Notes: generated from the letters alone by a model not told the origin. DNA of 64,000 bases from Candidatus Caenarcanales bacterium (GCA_020050435.1 JAGVKQ010000020.1:140012-204011), one strand, 5' to 3'. Positions 17,286 to 28,302 are shown, counted from the first letter of the stretch. Made by a program: numbers and translations.

Positions 17286-19253
17286 TTACTCTTCTTGTTC
17301 TCTTAATTTTTCAAGTACATTTACATCTTCTAAAGTTGTAGTATCACCTGTAGTTTGCCTTCCACTAGCAATATCTCTAAGTAACCTTCTCATAATTTTC
17401 CCTGAACGGGTCTTAGGAAGAGCATCCGTGAAATGAATTTTTTCTGGTCTAGCAATAGAACCGATTTCTTTAGTGACATGCTCTTTCAATTCTTTAACCA
17501 AATCCTCATCAGTTTTATCATTTTTTATATTGGATTTTTTTGTTACGAATGCACAAATAGCCTCACCTTTAATATCATCTGGATATCCCACTACTGCTGC
17601 CTCAGCTACAGAAGGATGACTAACTAAAGATGATTCTACTTCCATGGTACTTAGTCTGTGTCCTGAAACCTTGATTACATCATCGATTCGCCCAAGCACC
17701 CAGTAGTAACCATCTTTATCACGACGAGCACCATCACCAGCAAAGTAAGAGCCTTTTATATGACTCCAATAAGTTTTTCTATATCTCTCATCATCACCCC
17801 ATATAGTTCTAAGCATAGAAGGCCAAGGTTTTTTAATAACCAGATTTCCACCTTCATTTGGACCAGTAGATTTTCCTTCGCTGTCCACTATATCTACAAA
17901 TATTCCAGGAAGTGGTAACGTCGCTGAACCTGGCTTAGAAGAAGTAATTCCAGGCAGTGGTGAAATCATAATTCCACCTGTTTCAGTCTGCCACCACGTA
18001 TCAACTATCGGACATTTTTTATTTCCAATATTCTCGTGATACCACATCCATGCTTCAGGATTTATAGGTTCTCCTACACTTCCCAATAATCTAAGTGAAG
18101 AAAGATCATATTTTTTCACCCAATCTAAACCAGCCTTGGCAAAGGCTCTAATGGCAGTCGGTGCTGTATAAAAAACAGACACCTTGTTTTCATTTATTAT
18201 TTTCCAAAATCTTCCCCAGTCTGGGAAATTCGGCGCACCTTCATAAAGTAGAACAGTAGCACCATTACTAAGGGGTCCATAAACTACATATGTATGCCCT
18301 GTAACCCAGCCTATATCAGCACTACACCAGTAAATATCAGAATCTTTAATATCAAAAATCCATTTAGTAGTTAATGTAGCCCAAAGTAAATACCCAGCAG
18401 TACTATGTAAAATGCCTTTGGGTTTTCCAGTAGTACCTGAAGTATAGAGAGTAAAAAGTGGATGCTCTGAATCCAACTCAGTTGCTTTATGGATAGCAGA
18501 TGATTTTGACATAAGTTCATGCCAAGAGAAGGTTAATGGTTGATGGTTGATGGTTGATGGTTGGGGATTATTATTTATTCTGCCTACCACAATAACATTT
18601 TCAACAGTAGTACATTTCTTCAAAGCCTCATCTACATTTATTTTCAGAGGAACTATCTGACCGCGACGATAACCACCATCAGCTGTTATAACTAACTTAG
18701 CTTTAGAATCATTTATTCTATCAGCCAAAGCTTCCTGACTAAATCCACCAAAAACCACACTATGAACAGCACCAATTCTAGTACAAGCAAGCATTGCCAC
18801 TACAGCTTCAGGGACAAGTGGCATATAAATAATTATTCTGTCTTTTTCTTTAATTCCAAGATTTATTAAAACATTGGAGAACTTACAAACTTCTTCATGT
18901 AGTTCTTTATAAGTAAGTTCTTTCTTCTCTTCATTTTCCCCTATCCAAATTAATGCTTTTTTATTTCCTCTTTTTTCTAAATGTCTGTCCAAACAATTAA
19001 AAGAAACATTGGTTTTTCCATTCACAAACCACTTAGAAAAAGGCTCATTCCAATCCAAGACCTTATCCCATTTTTTAAACCAATGCAGATTCTCATTAGC
19101 TAAATCACTCCAAAAACCCTCAAAATCAGTATTTGCTTTTTTTACTAATTTTTCATACTCAGACTTAGAAAGATTTGCCTGCTTAGCAAAAGCATCTGAA
19201 GGTGGGAATAAGCGATCTTCATGCAAACTGGATTCTATATTTTTTTCTGACAT
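17286..19253 (-). CDS. acs: acetyl-CoA synthetase
   Basis: [35 protein letters not shown]; likely start MSEKNI at 19253. Confidence 0.95.
   Translation of the reverse strand: MSEKNIESSLHEDRLFPPSDAFAKQANLSKSEYEKLVKKANTDFEGFWSDLANENLHWFKKWDKVLDWNEPFSKWFVNGKTNVSFNCLDRHLEKRGNKKALIWIGENEEKKELTYKELHEEVCKFSNVLINLGIKEKDRIIIYMPLVPEAVVAMLACTRIGAVHSVVFGGFSQEALADRINDSKAKLVITADGGYRRGQIVPLKINVDEALKKCTTVENVIVVGRINNNPQPSTINHQPLTFSWHELMSKSSAIHKATELDSEHPLFTLYTSGTTGKPKGILHSTAGYLLWATLTTKWIFDIKDSDIYWCSADIGWVTGHTYVVYGPLSNGATVLLYEGAPNFPDWGRFWKIINENKVSVFYTAPTAIRAFAKAGLDWVKKYDLSSLRLLGSVGEPINPEAWMWYHENIGNKKCPIVDTWWQTETGGIMISPLPGITSSKPGSATLPLPGIFVDIVDSEGKSTGPNEGGNLVIKKPWPSMLRTIWGDDERYRKTYWSHIKGSYFAGDGARRDKDGYYWVLGRIDDVIKVSGHRLSTMEVESSLVSHPSVAEAAVVGYPDDIKGEAICAFVTKKSNIKNDKTDEDLVKELKEHVTKEIGSIARPEKIHFTDALPKTRSGKIMRRLLRDIASGRQTTGDTTTLEDVNVLEKLREQEE
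18531..18565. repeat. heptamer tandem repeat (GGTTGAT) translated inside acs
   Basis: ggttaat ggttgat ggttgat ggttgat ggttggg encodes [12 protein letters not shown]. Confidence 0.75.
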
Positions 19254-19296
19254 ATTTTCATTATATCGTTTTAAATTTATATGAGACAATTTATTT

Positions 19297-19950
19297 ATGC
19301 TTTCATTAAAAAATATGAATGATTTCCAAAACGTATCTAAAGACTACGGGATAAACATTTCAGAATCACAATTAAACCAATTCCAAAAATATCATGATTT
19401 TTTACTTGAATGGAATAAAATGATAAATCTTATTTCAAGACAAAATGCAACCACTGAAACAATACTGGAACGCCATTTTCTTGATTCAATTATATTTCTT
19501 CCAGAAATTGAGGGTTTGATTTATCAAACCCCAACGGTTTTAGATATAGGATCAGGAGCTGGCTTTCCTGCTATTCCCTTAGCCATTATGAAACCTGAGT
19601 GGGATTTCACACTCAGCGATGCCACAATGAAAAAAGCAAACTTTTTAAATGAACTTATAAAACATTTAGATTTAAAAAATGCAAAGGTTGAAAACAAGCG
19701 TGCTGAAGAAATAAAAAATAAATATAACTTCACCACTGCTCGTGCTGTAGCTAAAATTGATGAATTAATAAAATATTCTTCACCTATACTAAAAAAAGGT
19801 GGGTCTCTACTAGCATTTAAAGGACCAGCTTATGAAGAAGAATTAAACAGTGCAAAAGATTTAATTGAAAGCAAAAAGTTAAAAGTTAAAATGTTTTCAA
19901 AAGAAGTAAATGAATTTAGTAAGAAGTTAGTGGTAATTACCCAACCCTAG
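19297..19950 (+). CDS. rsmG: 16S rRNA m7G527 methyltransferase
   Basis: [30 protein letters not shown]. Confidence 0.93.
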   Translation: MLSLKNMNDFQNVSKDYGINISESQLNQFQKYHDFLLEWNKMINLISRQNATTETILERHFLDSIIFLPEIEGLIYQTPTVLDIGSGAGFPAIPLAIMKPEWDFTLSDATMKKANFLNELIKHLDLKNAKVENKRAEEIKNKYNFTTARAVAKIDELIKYSSPILKKGGSLLAFKGPAYEEELNSAKDLIESKKLKVKMFSKEVNEFSKKLVVITQP

Positions 19951-20371
19951 TGTTTTTAAGCCTTCTAGCTAATTCTACTGTTTCTAGCATAACTAATAAT
20001 TTAGCTAATTCCATTTCTGCTTGTTGGACTTCTACTTGTTCTGTACTCTTATGAGCTAATTTTGCTGCTGCTAATTCTTTTTCTCTTTCAGCTACTACTG
20101 AATCTATATTTTCAGCTAAAGCCGCATGATCTGAAATAATAGTGACGCCTTCTTTAGAAACTTCCATCATTCCGCCAAGTACTGCTGCAACTTTTCTTTC
20201 ACCACCAGAAAAATACTGAAATGGTGCTAATGAAAGTGGTGTAATAAGTGGAATATGATCTGGAAGAACACCAATCTCACCATCAATACTACGAGCAATT
20301 ATTTGCTCTACTTCTTCATCAAGTATTGTGGCACTAGGGGTTAAAACTTTTAATTTGAATGTTTTTGGCAT
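19937..20371 (-). CDS. atpC: F1 ATP synthase epsilon subunit
   Basis: LKVLTP, DGEIGVLPDHIPLIT, GGMMEV, C-terminal helices. Confidence 0.9.
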   Translation of the reverse strand: MPKTFKLKVLTPSATILDEEVEQIIARSIDGEIGVLPDHIPLITPLSLAPFQYFSGGERKVAAVLGGMMEVSKEGVTIISDHAALAENIDSVVAEREKELAAAKLAHKSTEQVEVQQAEMELAKLLVMLETVELARRLKNTRVG

Positions 20372-20405
20372 AGGATTATTTTATATTATATGGCATTGTA
20401 AAAGA

Positions 20406-20553
20406 CGTGGCAATCTAACGTAAAATGTCATTCTGAAGGAGTGAAACGACTGAAGAATCTAATAACGTTTTTAGATTCTTCGCCTTCGGCTCAGAATGAC
20501 ACAATACCTTAGTTAGATTGCCATGGTAGAGTCATTAGTAATGCCGTCTCTAC
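20406..20553. repeat. nested palindromic repeats plus a REP overlapping the phaC 3' end
   Basis: tgtcattctga...tcagaatgaca (20426-20501) inside tggcaatctaac/gttagattgcca arms; gtagag...ctctac at 20526-20553. Confidence 0.8.
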
Positions 20554-21664
20554 AAATAGCTTCTCCGCTTCTTATAGTTAACCAATCTACACAAGTTTTC
20601 CAGACCGTAGATTTAGCTCTTTCACTTCCCATAAGAGAAAGATGTCCAAGAGGAAATTCCATGTATTGAAAGTCATTTGTGGAAATGTATTTCTGAATGG
20701 CTCTTACTGAATCAGCTGGGACAAAAGAATCTCTACTACCAGCTATGGTTAAAAGATTTGCTCTGAAGTTTGAAAGACTTACGACCTGATCAAGTAATTT
20801 CATTTTCCCGTTTATAAGTTCATTTGTAGAAATAGATTCAAACATTTGTTTAAAGGTTGTTTCTGGAAGATTTTGGAAGTTTCCAAAAAAACTATTCAAT
20901 GCCTGACTCTTAACAAGAAAATCTCTATCCCAAGCTCTATTTAATAAGTGCCCTGGTCTTTTAAAATCACCATATAAATTAACTGTCTTAAACATGCAAG
21001 TAAGAAGCTCTTTAGGCATACAACCAAATTTTTCTGAAATGGCAAACCATTCCTTTTTAAAAGGTTTAAAGATTACATTGAAAAACTTTAAATAGCTTAA
21101 ATCTATGGGTCCAGCAATATTAATAACATTTTTAATATCGTTTCTAATATCTATAGAAACACTGGAGTAAATAATGCTAAAAGCTCCACCCAAGCAATAA
21201 CCAAGTAGTGAAACTTGTTCTGAGTTAGAGTGCTTTTTAGTCATATGAACAGCTCTATATAAAAAATTTAAAATATAATCATCTATTTTCAAGTGAGAAT
21301 CATTTCTATCAGGTCTTCCAAAATCCACAAGATAAACATTAAAACCAGCATCTAGAAGCGTTTCAGCCAAACTGTGACTAGGAGTTAAATCTAAAAGATC
21401 AGTAGTAGACATCAAAGGCGGAACTAAAATAACAGGAACACTAAAAATGTTTTCTCTCTTTGGATAGTAATGATAAAGAGTTACATATTTTTCTTGATAT
21501 AAAAGCTTTCTTGCATTATCCCGATTCGGTCTAATATCTTTTTTTATAGCAATTTCTAGGCCATTTAAAGCTCGCAAAAATGTCTTTTCTGTTTGTTCTT
21601 GAATAACAGATTCTAGATTTTTTGGTATTTCCAGGTTAAGAAGTTTTTTAAGATTTAAAAGCAT
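20513..21664 (-). CDS. phaC: PhaC-like polyhydroxyalkanoate synthase (class III/IV size)
   Basis: PVILVPPL, YLVDFG, lipase box GYCLGG with Cys, GSRD Asp, LGHL His. Confidence 0.7.
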   Translation of the reverse strand: MLLNLKKLLNLEIPKNLESVIQEQTEKTFLRALNGLEIAIKKDIRPNRDNARKLLYQEKYVTLYHYYPKRENIFSVPVILVPPLMSTTDLLDLTPSHSLAETLLDAGFNVYLVDFGRPDRNDSHLKIDDYILNFLYRAVHMTKKHSNSEQVSLLGYCLGGAFSIIYSSVSIDIRNDIKNVINIAGPIDLSYLKFFNVIFKPFKKEWFAISEKFGCMPKELLTCMFKTVNLYGDFKRPGHLLNRAWDRDFLVKSQALNSFFGNFQNLPETTFKQMFESISTNELINGKMKLLDQVVSLSNFRANLLTIAGSRDSFVPADSVRAIQKYISTNDFQYMEFPLGHLSLMGSERAKSTVWKTCVDWLTIRSGEAICRDGITNDSTMAI

Positions 21665-21794
21665 TTTCTACTTAAATTTAGCATTTTCAAGTGCATTTTC
21701 CTTATGAAAAGTTAAAACTTGCTAAAAATCAAAGTATAGATGTGATTTTTATATAAAATGAAACTCTTCTTAATGTATATCTTAAAATAAAACT

Positions 21795-22454
21795 ATGACT
21801 GCAGTCACTTGTATAAAACCAAATACTCCTCCACGTCTTGCTGATTTGACTGAAGCTGTTTCTGAACTTGAACTTATTAGAAGAGCAAAAGGTGGTGATG
21901 AAGATGCGATGAAAGCATTAGTTTTAAGATATATTCCCTACATAAGAACATGTGCTAGAAATGCTTCTCCTGAGCTTGACGCTCATGAAATAGAATCTCA
22001 AGCTACAGAAAAGATTCCAACTCTAGTAGCAGAATTTAAAGTTGAGAAAAGTAAAAATCAAGGATTACGTCCACTCTTAGCAAAGACTATCTACTTTATT
22101 AAATTGAACTTATATAGAAAGCTGGATAAAGAGCGAACTCATCTTCCTCAATATGCTTTACTTAGACAACAATCTCAAATTCGAAGACAATCAGATTCTT
22201 CACAAAATGTCTTAGATGATTCAGTTATATTAAAAATAAAGTCTATTCTAAGTTCTAAACAAATACAAGCAATTGAACTCAGTTTAGGACTAGACCTTGG
22301 AACAAATTCTACGAAGATACAGCTAGATGATAATCAAATAGCAACTATTCTAGAAACAAATGCGAGAAATGTACGCAAAATAAAATCAGTTGCGTTGGGG
22401 AAATTGAGAACAGCTTTTTCTAGGAACGAGAAAAGAAGCACTATAGCAGCATAA
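21795..22454 (+). CDS. divergent sigma70-family factor
   Basis: LIRRAKGGDEDAMKALV (region 2-like); LSSKQIQAIELSLGL...IATIL...VRKIKSVALGKLR (region 4 HTH). Confidence 0.7.
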   Translation: MTAVTCIKPNTPPRLADLTEAVSELELIRRAKGGDEDAMKALVLRYIPYIRTCARNASPELDAHEIESQATEKIPTLVAEFKVEKSKNQGLRPLLAKTIYFIKLNLYRKLDKERTHLPQYALLRQQSQIRRQSDSSQNVLDDSVILKIKSILSSKQIQAIELSLGLDLGTNSTKIQLDDNQIATILETNARNVRKIKSVALGKLRTAFSRNEKRSTIAA

Positions 22455-22572
22455 CTTATGGGATTTTAGACAAGCTAAAATCTCCATTTACTTTAAATAA
22501 CACTGACAGGATCCACCGAATAAATCGAACAAATCCTTTCTTTATAAATTCATAAGGATTAGCAAGTTAGAT

Positions 22573-23943
22573 TTAGTAGATTCTTAAGTATCTATTTTCT
22601 TCCCAGCTAGAGACTTGAATTCTGTATTCATCCCATTCTTCCCATTTTAAGGAGAGGAATTGACCATAGATGTGTTCACCAAGGGCTTCTTTAGCAATGG
22701 CACTGTTTTCCATTTCTCTAAGTGCTTCTTCTAATGTGCCAGGTAAACTATCTACTTTTAACTCTTTCTTTTCTTCGGGAGTAAGGTGATAAATATTTCT
22801 ATTTACTGGTGCCGGTGGATCAATCTTATTTTTCATACCATCAAGACCAGCAATCAACATACAAGCAATAACTAAATAAGGATTTGCTGCTGGATCAGGA
22901 GATCTTAACTCCACACGAGTAGCTGCACCTCTCTTATCAGGAACTCTGCAAAGTGCTGATCTATTTCCTGGTGACCATGCAATATACACAGGAGCTTCAT
23001 ATCCTGGGACCAATCTCTTATAGCTATTTACTAGTGGATTTGATACTGCACAAATACCGCGAATATGTTTTAAAAGTCCGCCAATATAATATTTCATATC
23101 TTTGCTCAATTTATCTGGTGTACTTGCATCAAAGAATGTATTCTTTCCATCTTTAAATAAGGATTGATTACAGTGCATGCCAGAACCGTTCTGACCAAAA
23201 ATAGGCTTTGGCATAAAAGTAGCATGCATGCCGTGTTTTGCAGCAACAGCTTTAGTAACCCATCTAAATGTAGCAATGTTATCTGCTGCACTCAATGCAT
23301 CTTCATACTTGAAATCAATTTCATGCTGACCAATAGCAACTTCATGGTGAGATGCTTCAATTTCAAAGCCCATGTTTTCAAGAGTATAAATAATTTCTCT
23401 TCTAACTTGTTGACCAATATCAAGAGGCTCTACATCAAAATATGCAGCGACATCACTAGGATCGATTGTAGGATTTCCATTTTCATCTTTATTAAAAAGG
23501 AAAAACTCACATTCAGGTCCTACGTTCATCATATAGCCAAGTTCTTTTTTAACTTTAGCTAAAACTCTCTTTAAGTTATTTCTAGGACATCCCGGAAATG
23601 GTTGACCTTCTGGATCATAAATATCACAAACCAATCTAGCTACTCTACCTTCAGATGGTCTCCAAGGAAGAACTCTAAAAGTTCTTTTATCTGGATAAAA
23701 ATAAAGATCGGATTTTTCAATTCTTTGGAATCCTTTTACAGAACTTCCATCTAACATAAGCTCATTATTTAAGGCTTTTTCTAATTGACTAATAGGAATA
23801 GCAAGATTTTTTACAATGCCAAAAATATCAATAAACTGCATACGAACAAACTTTATATCGTTTTCTCTAGCGAGTTTTATGATCTCTTCATTTGTAGGGT
23901 TTTCTGAAGTGGTAATATTTCGTGAATCTAGCATAGTACTCAT
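22573..23943 (-). CDS. glnA: glutamine synthetase type I
   Basis: DGSS, HHEVAIGQHEIDF, ATFMPKP, NGSGMH, NSYKRLVPGYEAP, ELRSPDP. Confidence 0.96.
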   Translation of the reverse strand: MSTMLDSRNITTSENPTNEEIIKLARENDIKFVRMQFIDIFGIVKNLAIPISQLEKALNNELMLDGSSVKGFQRIEKSDLYFYPDKRTFRVLPWRPSEGRVARLVCDIYDPEGQPFPGCPRNNLKRVLAKVKKELGYMMNVGPECEFFLFNKDENGNPTIDPSDVAAYFDVEPLDIGQQVRREIIYTLENMGFEIEASHHEVAIGQHEIDFKYEDALSAADNIATFRWVTKAVAAKHGMHATFMPKPIFGQNGSGMHCNQSLFKDGKNTFFDASTPDKLSKDMKYYIGGLLKHIRGICAVSNPLVNSYKRLVPGYEAPVYIAWSPGNRSALCRVPDKRGAATRVELRSPDPAANPYLVIACMLIAGLDGMKNKIDPPAPVNRNIYHLTPEEKKELKVDSLPGTLEEALREMENSAIAKEALGEHIYGQFLSLKWEEWDEYRIQVSSWEENRYLRIY

Positions 23944-24150
23944 TTCTATCTCCTCATTATTCTGGGCCTTATAACTTTAAATAAAGAATTTTAATGCTGC
24001 TATCTTAGAAGCTTATTAAATAAAAGGATTCATCCTTTATGACAATAATAATAAGGGTTTTTGTTAAATAGAGTCAATTTTAACGTATATGAAAAGTACT
24101 AAATACATAATTAACTGACTGATGGCTTATGGGTGGCTATAATACTATTC

Positions 24151-25095
24151 ATGTTTAAGATCAGAACACCACAAATTAGTGATTTTTCAAAACTTGAGCC
24201 TTTATTTCAAAATCATCCTTTGTTTTCGTCCCTCAATGCAAACAAATTTATTTGTATAGCTCAAACAATTATTCCTTATAATTTTAGAGTCATGCCAAGT
24301 ATTCATTTGGCAGTAGAAAAAGAAAAGATACTTGGTTTTATAATTTTAAGCTCTGTATCCCCCTCAAATAATGCCTGGCAAATTGATGATGTTTATATAC
24401 AAGAAGAAGTAAGAAAGCATGGAATAGGAGAAGAACTGGTTAGATATGCTATATCAGTCTATGGCGGATATGGAATAGAGCATTTTTTAGTAGAAGTGGA
24501 TTCTCAGAATTTTCCTGCCCTATCTTTATTTCATCAATGTGGTTTTAGAAGATATGCAAAAGTTCACTTTTACCAAAAAGAGATGGGGGCGGAAGCCTTA
24601 CCGGTTTTGGGAAACGAATTCATTATTAGACCTCAATTAAATATTGACTTAAACGATATAGAAAAACTAGAGCTATCTATAATCCCTCCTGACTTAAGAC
24701 CAGCACTAGGCAGATCAAAAAAATATTTCAAATCTAAAAAAGATGCTTTAGTTCTTATTGATAAATCCAGAAAATTATTAATAGGCTGGGCTCAAATAGA
24801 CTGCATTAAAGACAACGATTGCCTGATTGAAATGTTAATAAGTCCCGGATGGACACATTTATATAAACCATTTCTAGATACCATAATCAGTGAAAGATTA
24901 CTCTCAAAAACAAATAGCTTCAAATTAACAATTAAAGCCACAGACTATAATACTGATCTTTCAAATATTCTTACTGAATCAAAATTTTTACCAGTAGAAG
25001 TTAAAGAACTCTTAGTAAGAACAGTTTGGCAAAAAGCCAAAGAGAAATCTAAACAATCAGCTAATGTGGGAGCTCCGTCTATAGCACCGACTTAG
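24151..25095 (+). CDS. GNAT family acetyltransferase (tandem GNAT folds)
   Basis: VRKHGIGEELV, NFPALSLFHQCGF; start MFKIR. Confidence 0.8.
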   Translation: MFKIRTPQISDFSKLEPLFQNHPLFSSLNANKFICIAQTIIPYNFRVMPSIHLAVEKEKILGFIILSSVSPSNNAWQIDDVYIQEEVRKHGIGEELVRYAISVYGGYGIEHFLVEVDSQNFPALSLFHQCGFRRYAKVHFYQKEMGAEALPVLGNEFIIRPQLNIDLNDIEKLELSIIPPDLRPALGRSKKYFKSKKDALVLIDKSRKLLIGWAQIDCIKDNDCLIEMLISPGWTHLYKPFLDTIISERLLSKTNSFKLTIKATDYNTDLSNILTESKFLPVEVKELLVRTVWQKAKEKSKQSANVGAPSIAPT

Positions 25096-26636
25096 ACAGT
25101 AGATTTTTCAACTCCTGGACGAGCTTTATATTTTTTCTTTGCAGCTGGGAAAGAATCGGCATCTTTAGCTGTTAAAACTGTATGAGGCCTATTTGTTATT
25201 TCTTTATCTTTTAATCCAGTAATTTTTGATTTTTGTACAGTCTCAGCTCTAGTACCAGGACAATTAATCATTTCAAGTGCCTGAGCATCATATGCGCCCG
25301 CACCCTCACTATTTTTTATTAAAGCTCCATATGAATCAGTGATAGTAGCATCTGGGCTGTTATCTATGGTGTTTTTATCTCCATTTTTAATTTCAGAACC
25401 AGGGCTGTTTATAGATTTAGAACCAATAGATCCACTATGAGTAGAATTTGGACTGTTTTTAAGTTCAGCTCCATTACTGCCACTGATTATAGAATTACCA
25501 CTATTAGAAGCCTTAACATTAATACTCTTTTTAATATTTAGACCTTCACTGTTTTTTACAACTGAATCATGTGCTTTTATAAAAACAGCATTAGGGCTTT
25601 CTGTTACTTCTATTCCAGAAGAAACATTTGCTTTTACACCTGAACTGTTCTTCAGATTGGCTTCACTACTTTTTACTATTGAAGAATTACTACTACCAGA
25701 AGCTTTGACCCTACGACTTTCTATAACCTTTACACCTTCACTCTTGTTAAGATTTGCATAATCTGCACCATCAAGAACTGCATCAGGACAATCTTTCACT
25801 TTTATTCCAGCAGAATCCTTTGCACTTAACCCAGGGCTATTTTTTATTACCACTTTAGAGTTATCATCACAATTTACATTTATTATATTCACTCCTCCGC
25901 TATTAAGAAGCCTTACTCCATCAGATGATTCTTCTGCAAAGAAATTTGGCGAATTATGAGCTTTAAAAAACTCACAACTTAAAACTATTCCAGGACTGTT
26001 GTTAAGATTTACATCATCACTATTCACTATAATAGTTCCTGAACCTAGAAGAAGAGCTTTACGAATAGTCCCACCTTCAGAATATTTCAAACATAGTTCC
26101 TCTAATGTTTTAGGATCTATTTTTCTTGGTTTTCCTGGAGAATTTATAATTCTACAATTATGACTTAAAAAGAATCCTGCATTATCACTATCTATGGCAC
26201 AACCATTGGCAGCAACTGCAAATATTGCATTTTTACTTCTAAAAGCAAGGCTTTTATCTGACACTCCACCAAAATAAGATTTTGGACTTTCTATAGCAAC
26301 TGAGTTATTAGCTTTTGAACTAGAATCTTTACTATCTATAAAAATATTGCCTTTTGATTCTTTTCCAAATGACTCTTCAGCTTTTCTAACGCTCATTCCA
26401 AAAGGTAGTGGCTTTTTATTTTCACCACTTAAAAAAACAGCTTTTCCATTAATAACTCTTACAAAAGTTTCACCTTGTGATTCATAGATAATATTAAATC
26501 TATCAGTCAGTTTAACATCTACTTTATTTCCTGATCTGTCTACGTAAGTCTTACCTGCCTTAGGAATTGTTAGCTCTTTTGTATCTTTTACTGTCTTAAG
26601 TACACTCGATTCTTTAATAACTGAATCTATTCTCAT
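25092..26636 (-). CDS. hypothetical protein with a Ser/Asn-rich repeat region (probable beta-helix)
   Basis: About 11-aa periodic units such as IKNSPGLSAKD, LKNSPNSTHSG, SINSPGSEIKN. Confidence 0.75.
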   Translation of the reverse strand: MRIDSVIKESSVLKTVKDTKELTIPKAGKTYVDRSGNKVDVKLTDRFNIIYESQGETFVRVINGKAVFLSGENKKPLPFGMSVRKAEESFGKESKGNIFIDSKDSSSKANNSVAIESPKSYFGGVSDKSLAFRSKNAIFAVAANGCAIDSDNAGFFLSHNCRIINSPGKPRKIDPKTLEELCLKYSEGGTIRKALLLGSGTIIVNSDDVNLNNSPGIVLSCEFFKAHNSPNFFAEESSDGVRLLNSGGVNIINVNCDDNSKVVIKNSPGLSAKDSAGIKVKDCPDAVLDGADYANLNKSEGVKVIESRRVKASGSSNSSIVKSSEANLKNSSGVKANVSSGIEVTESPNAVFIKAHDSVVKNSEGLNIKKSINVKASNSGNSIISGSNGAELKNSPNSTHSGSIGSKSINSPGSEIKNGDKNTIDNSPDATITDSYGALIKNSEGAGAYDAQALEMINCPGTRAETVQKSKITGLKDKEITNRPHTVLTAKDADSFPAAKKKYKARPGVEKSTV

Positions 26637-26831
26637 TATTTATCCTCTTTCTTAAATATTCTATTTCAAACCTATCATGGTTAAGAAATCAAAATCAAGA
26701 AGATTAGAGAAATTTAATTTTTTATAAATGATTTGCCAAAGATTCTGAAGAAAAAATAAAGAAAAGGCGGAGAGCTGGTTAAGATATAGGATTTTCATGC
26801 ATGGTTGAAGAAAAAGAAGAAGACAAAATAA

Positions 26832-26984
26832 ACGAAGCAATCTAGTGATGCAGTATGTCATTCTGAATGAGTGAAACGAATGAAGAATCTACTTACGCTA
26901 GTGGATTCTTCGCTAAGGCTCAGAATGACACCTGGCGGTATTAGATTGCTTCGTCAGGGCTAAAGCCCTTCCTCGCAATGACGT
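26832..26984. repeat. nested palindromic repeats
   Basis: tgtcattctga...cagaatgaca (26856-26930) inside acgaagcaatcta/tagattgcttcgt arms, then cctcgcaatgacgt. Confidence 0.8.
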
Positions 26985-27019
26985 GTCCCAACAAGAGAAT
27001 TCGTTCTATAATGTTCTCT

Positions 27020-27973
27020 ATGGAATTTATCTACCCTAACTTTCTATTCCTATATATTCTGGTTCCAGTATACATATTTCTACATTTCCATTTTGAAGGG
27101 AAAAAGAAAAAAGATATTATTCCATTTGGAAACTTAGATGTTTTAGTAGAAGCTATAAATAAAACAAAAAAAGTTGATGCTCTAAAACATCTTCCTCTAA
27201 TTTTAAAAACTCTTATTTTATGCCTTCTTATATTTGGTTTAGCTCGCCCAGTCAGCACAATTTATTTACCTACGAAAGATACAAAGGTTATGTTTTTATT
27301 TGATATATCTATAAGCATGGAAGCTGAGGATATGAAACCTAATCGATTAGAAGGTGCTAAAAATGCTGCCATAAAATTTGTAAAAGAACTTCCTGATGGC
27401 ATTCAAACAGGCATTGCACTTTTTAGCGGAACAGTAAAAGTTTTAGCAGAGCCTAGCATTGATAAATCAAAAGTAGTAAACATATTAAAAAGTTTAAATT
27501 TAAAAAGCTTAGAACCAGGAACAGCTATAGGAGATGCCATAGTAGCTGGCACACAAGCAATAACAATAGCTGATAAAGATAAAGTAACAAATAAAGACAA
27601 TAGAATATTAGTTTTAATAACTGATGGTGAAGCGAATATAGGAGTAGATCCAATGTTTGCAGCAGCACAAGCAAAAACAAATAATATAATCATTCAGTCT
27701 GTAGGAGTAGGAAATCCAGCAGGGGCTATAATCAGAGGTGGGATATTAACAAAGTTAGACGAGTACACTCTACGTGAACTTTCACTTTTAACTGGCGGTC
27801 AATATTTTAATGCACAGGGTATGCGTGACTTTAAAGAAGTATATAAAAGAATTAAATCTGCTATTAACCTAATACCACAAAAAACAGAAATTACTTTTAT
27901 CCCTTTGGGTATAGCTTTTATACTTGTGATTATTTTACAAATTCTACGATGGACAAAATTTAGGTTTGCATAG
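27020..27973 (+). CDS. BatA-like vWA domain membrane protein
   Basis: GLARP, MIDAS DISISM, GTAIGDAI, LITDGEAN; start MEFIYP. Confidence 0.88.
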   Translation: MEFIYPNFLFLYILVPVYIFLHFHFEGKKKKDIIPFGNLDVLVEAINKTKKVDALKHLPLILKTLILCLLIFGLARPVSTIYLPTKDTKVMFLFDISISMEAEDMKPNRLEGAKNAAIKFVKELPDGIQTGIALFSGTVKVLAEPSIDKSKVVNILKSLNLKSLEPGTAIGDAIVAGTQAITIADKDKVTNKDNRILVLITDGEANIGVDPMFAAAQAKTNNIIIQSVGVGNPAGAIIRGGILTKLDEYTLRELSLLTGGQYFNAQGMRDFKEVYKRIKSAINLIPQKTEITFIPLGIAFILVIILQILRWTKFRFA

Positions 27974-27976
27974 AAA

Positions 27977-28249
27977 TTATTTAATCACACTAAATCCATT
28001 AAACGGTCCATTTGCTTCTTGCCACGTAATTTTCACTTCTTCTACTTTTGCCTGAGGTGGACCTTTTTTACACCATTCTATAAATCTATCAATTATTTTT
28101 TTCTCACCTTGAGCAAGCGCTTCTACACTTCCATCATCTGAATTTCTAACCCAGCCTTTTAAACCAAGACTAGATGCATATTCTTTACAGGAAACCCTGT
28201 AGCAGACATTTTGAACCTTACCAGAAATAATAATATGTGCTTGATACAT
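27977..28249 (-). CDS. acyP: acylphosphatase
   Basis: ISGKVQNVCYR, GWVRNSDDGSVE, GPPQAKV. Confidence 0.9.
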   Translation of the reverse strand: MYQAHIIISGKVQNVCYRVSCKEYASSLGLKGWVRNSDDGSVEALAQGEKKIIDRFIEWCKKGPPQAKVEEVKITWQEANGPFNGFSVIK

Positions 28250-28250
28250 T

Positions 28251-28275
28251 AGACGTCCCACCGGGGCGTCTCTAC
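28251..28275 (-). repeat. REP-like palindrome
   Basis: minus strand gtagagacgccccggtgggacgtct. Confidence 0.7.
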
Positions 28276-28302
28276 GTTGCCCCACCAAAATTTCCCGCCA
28301 AT

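Noticed and set aside
26661-26861. 66-aa minus-strand ORF from the track
   Set aside because: Starts inside a palindromic repeat, has no SD and lies in the upstream region of the 25092-26636 gene
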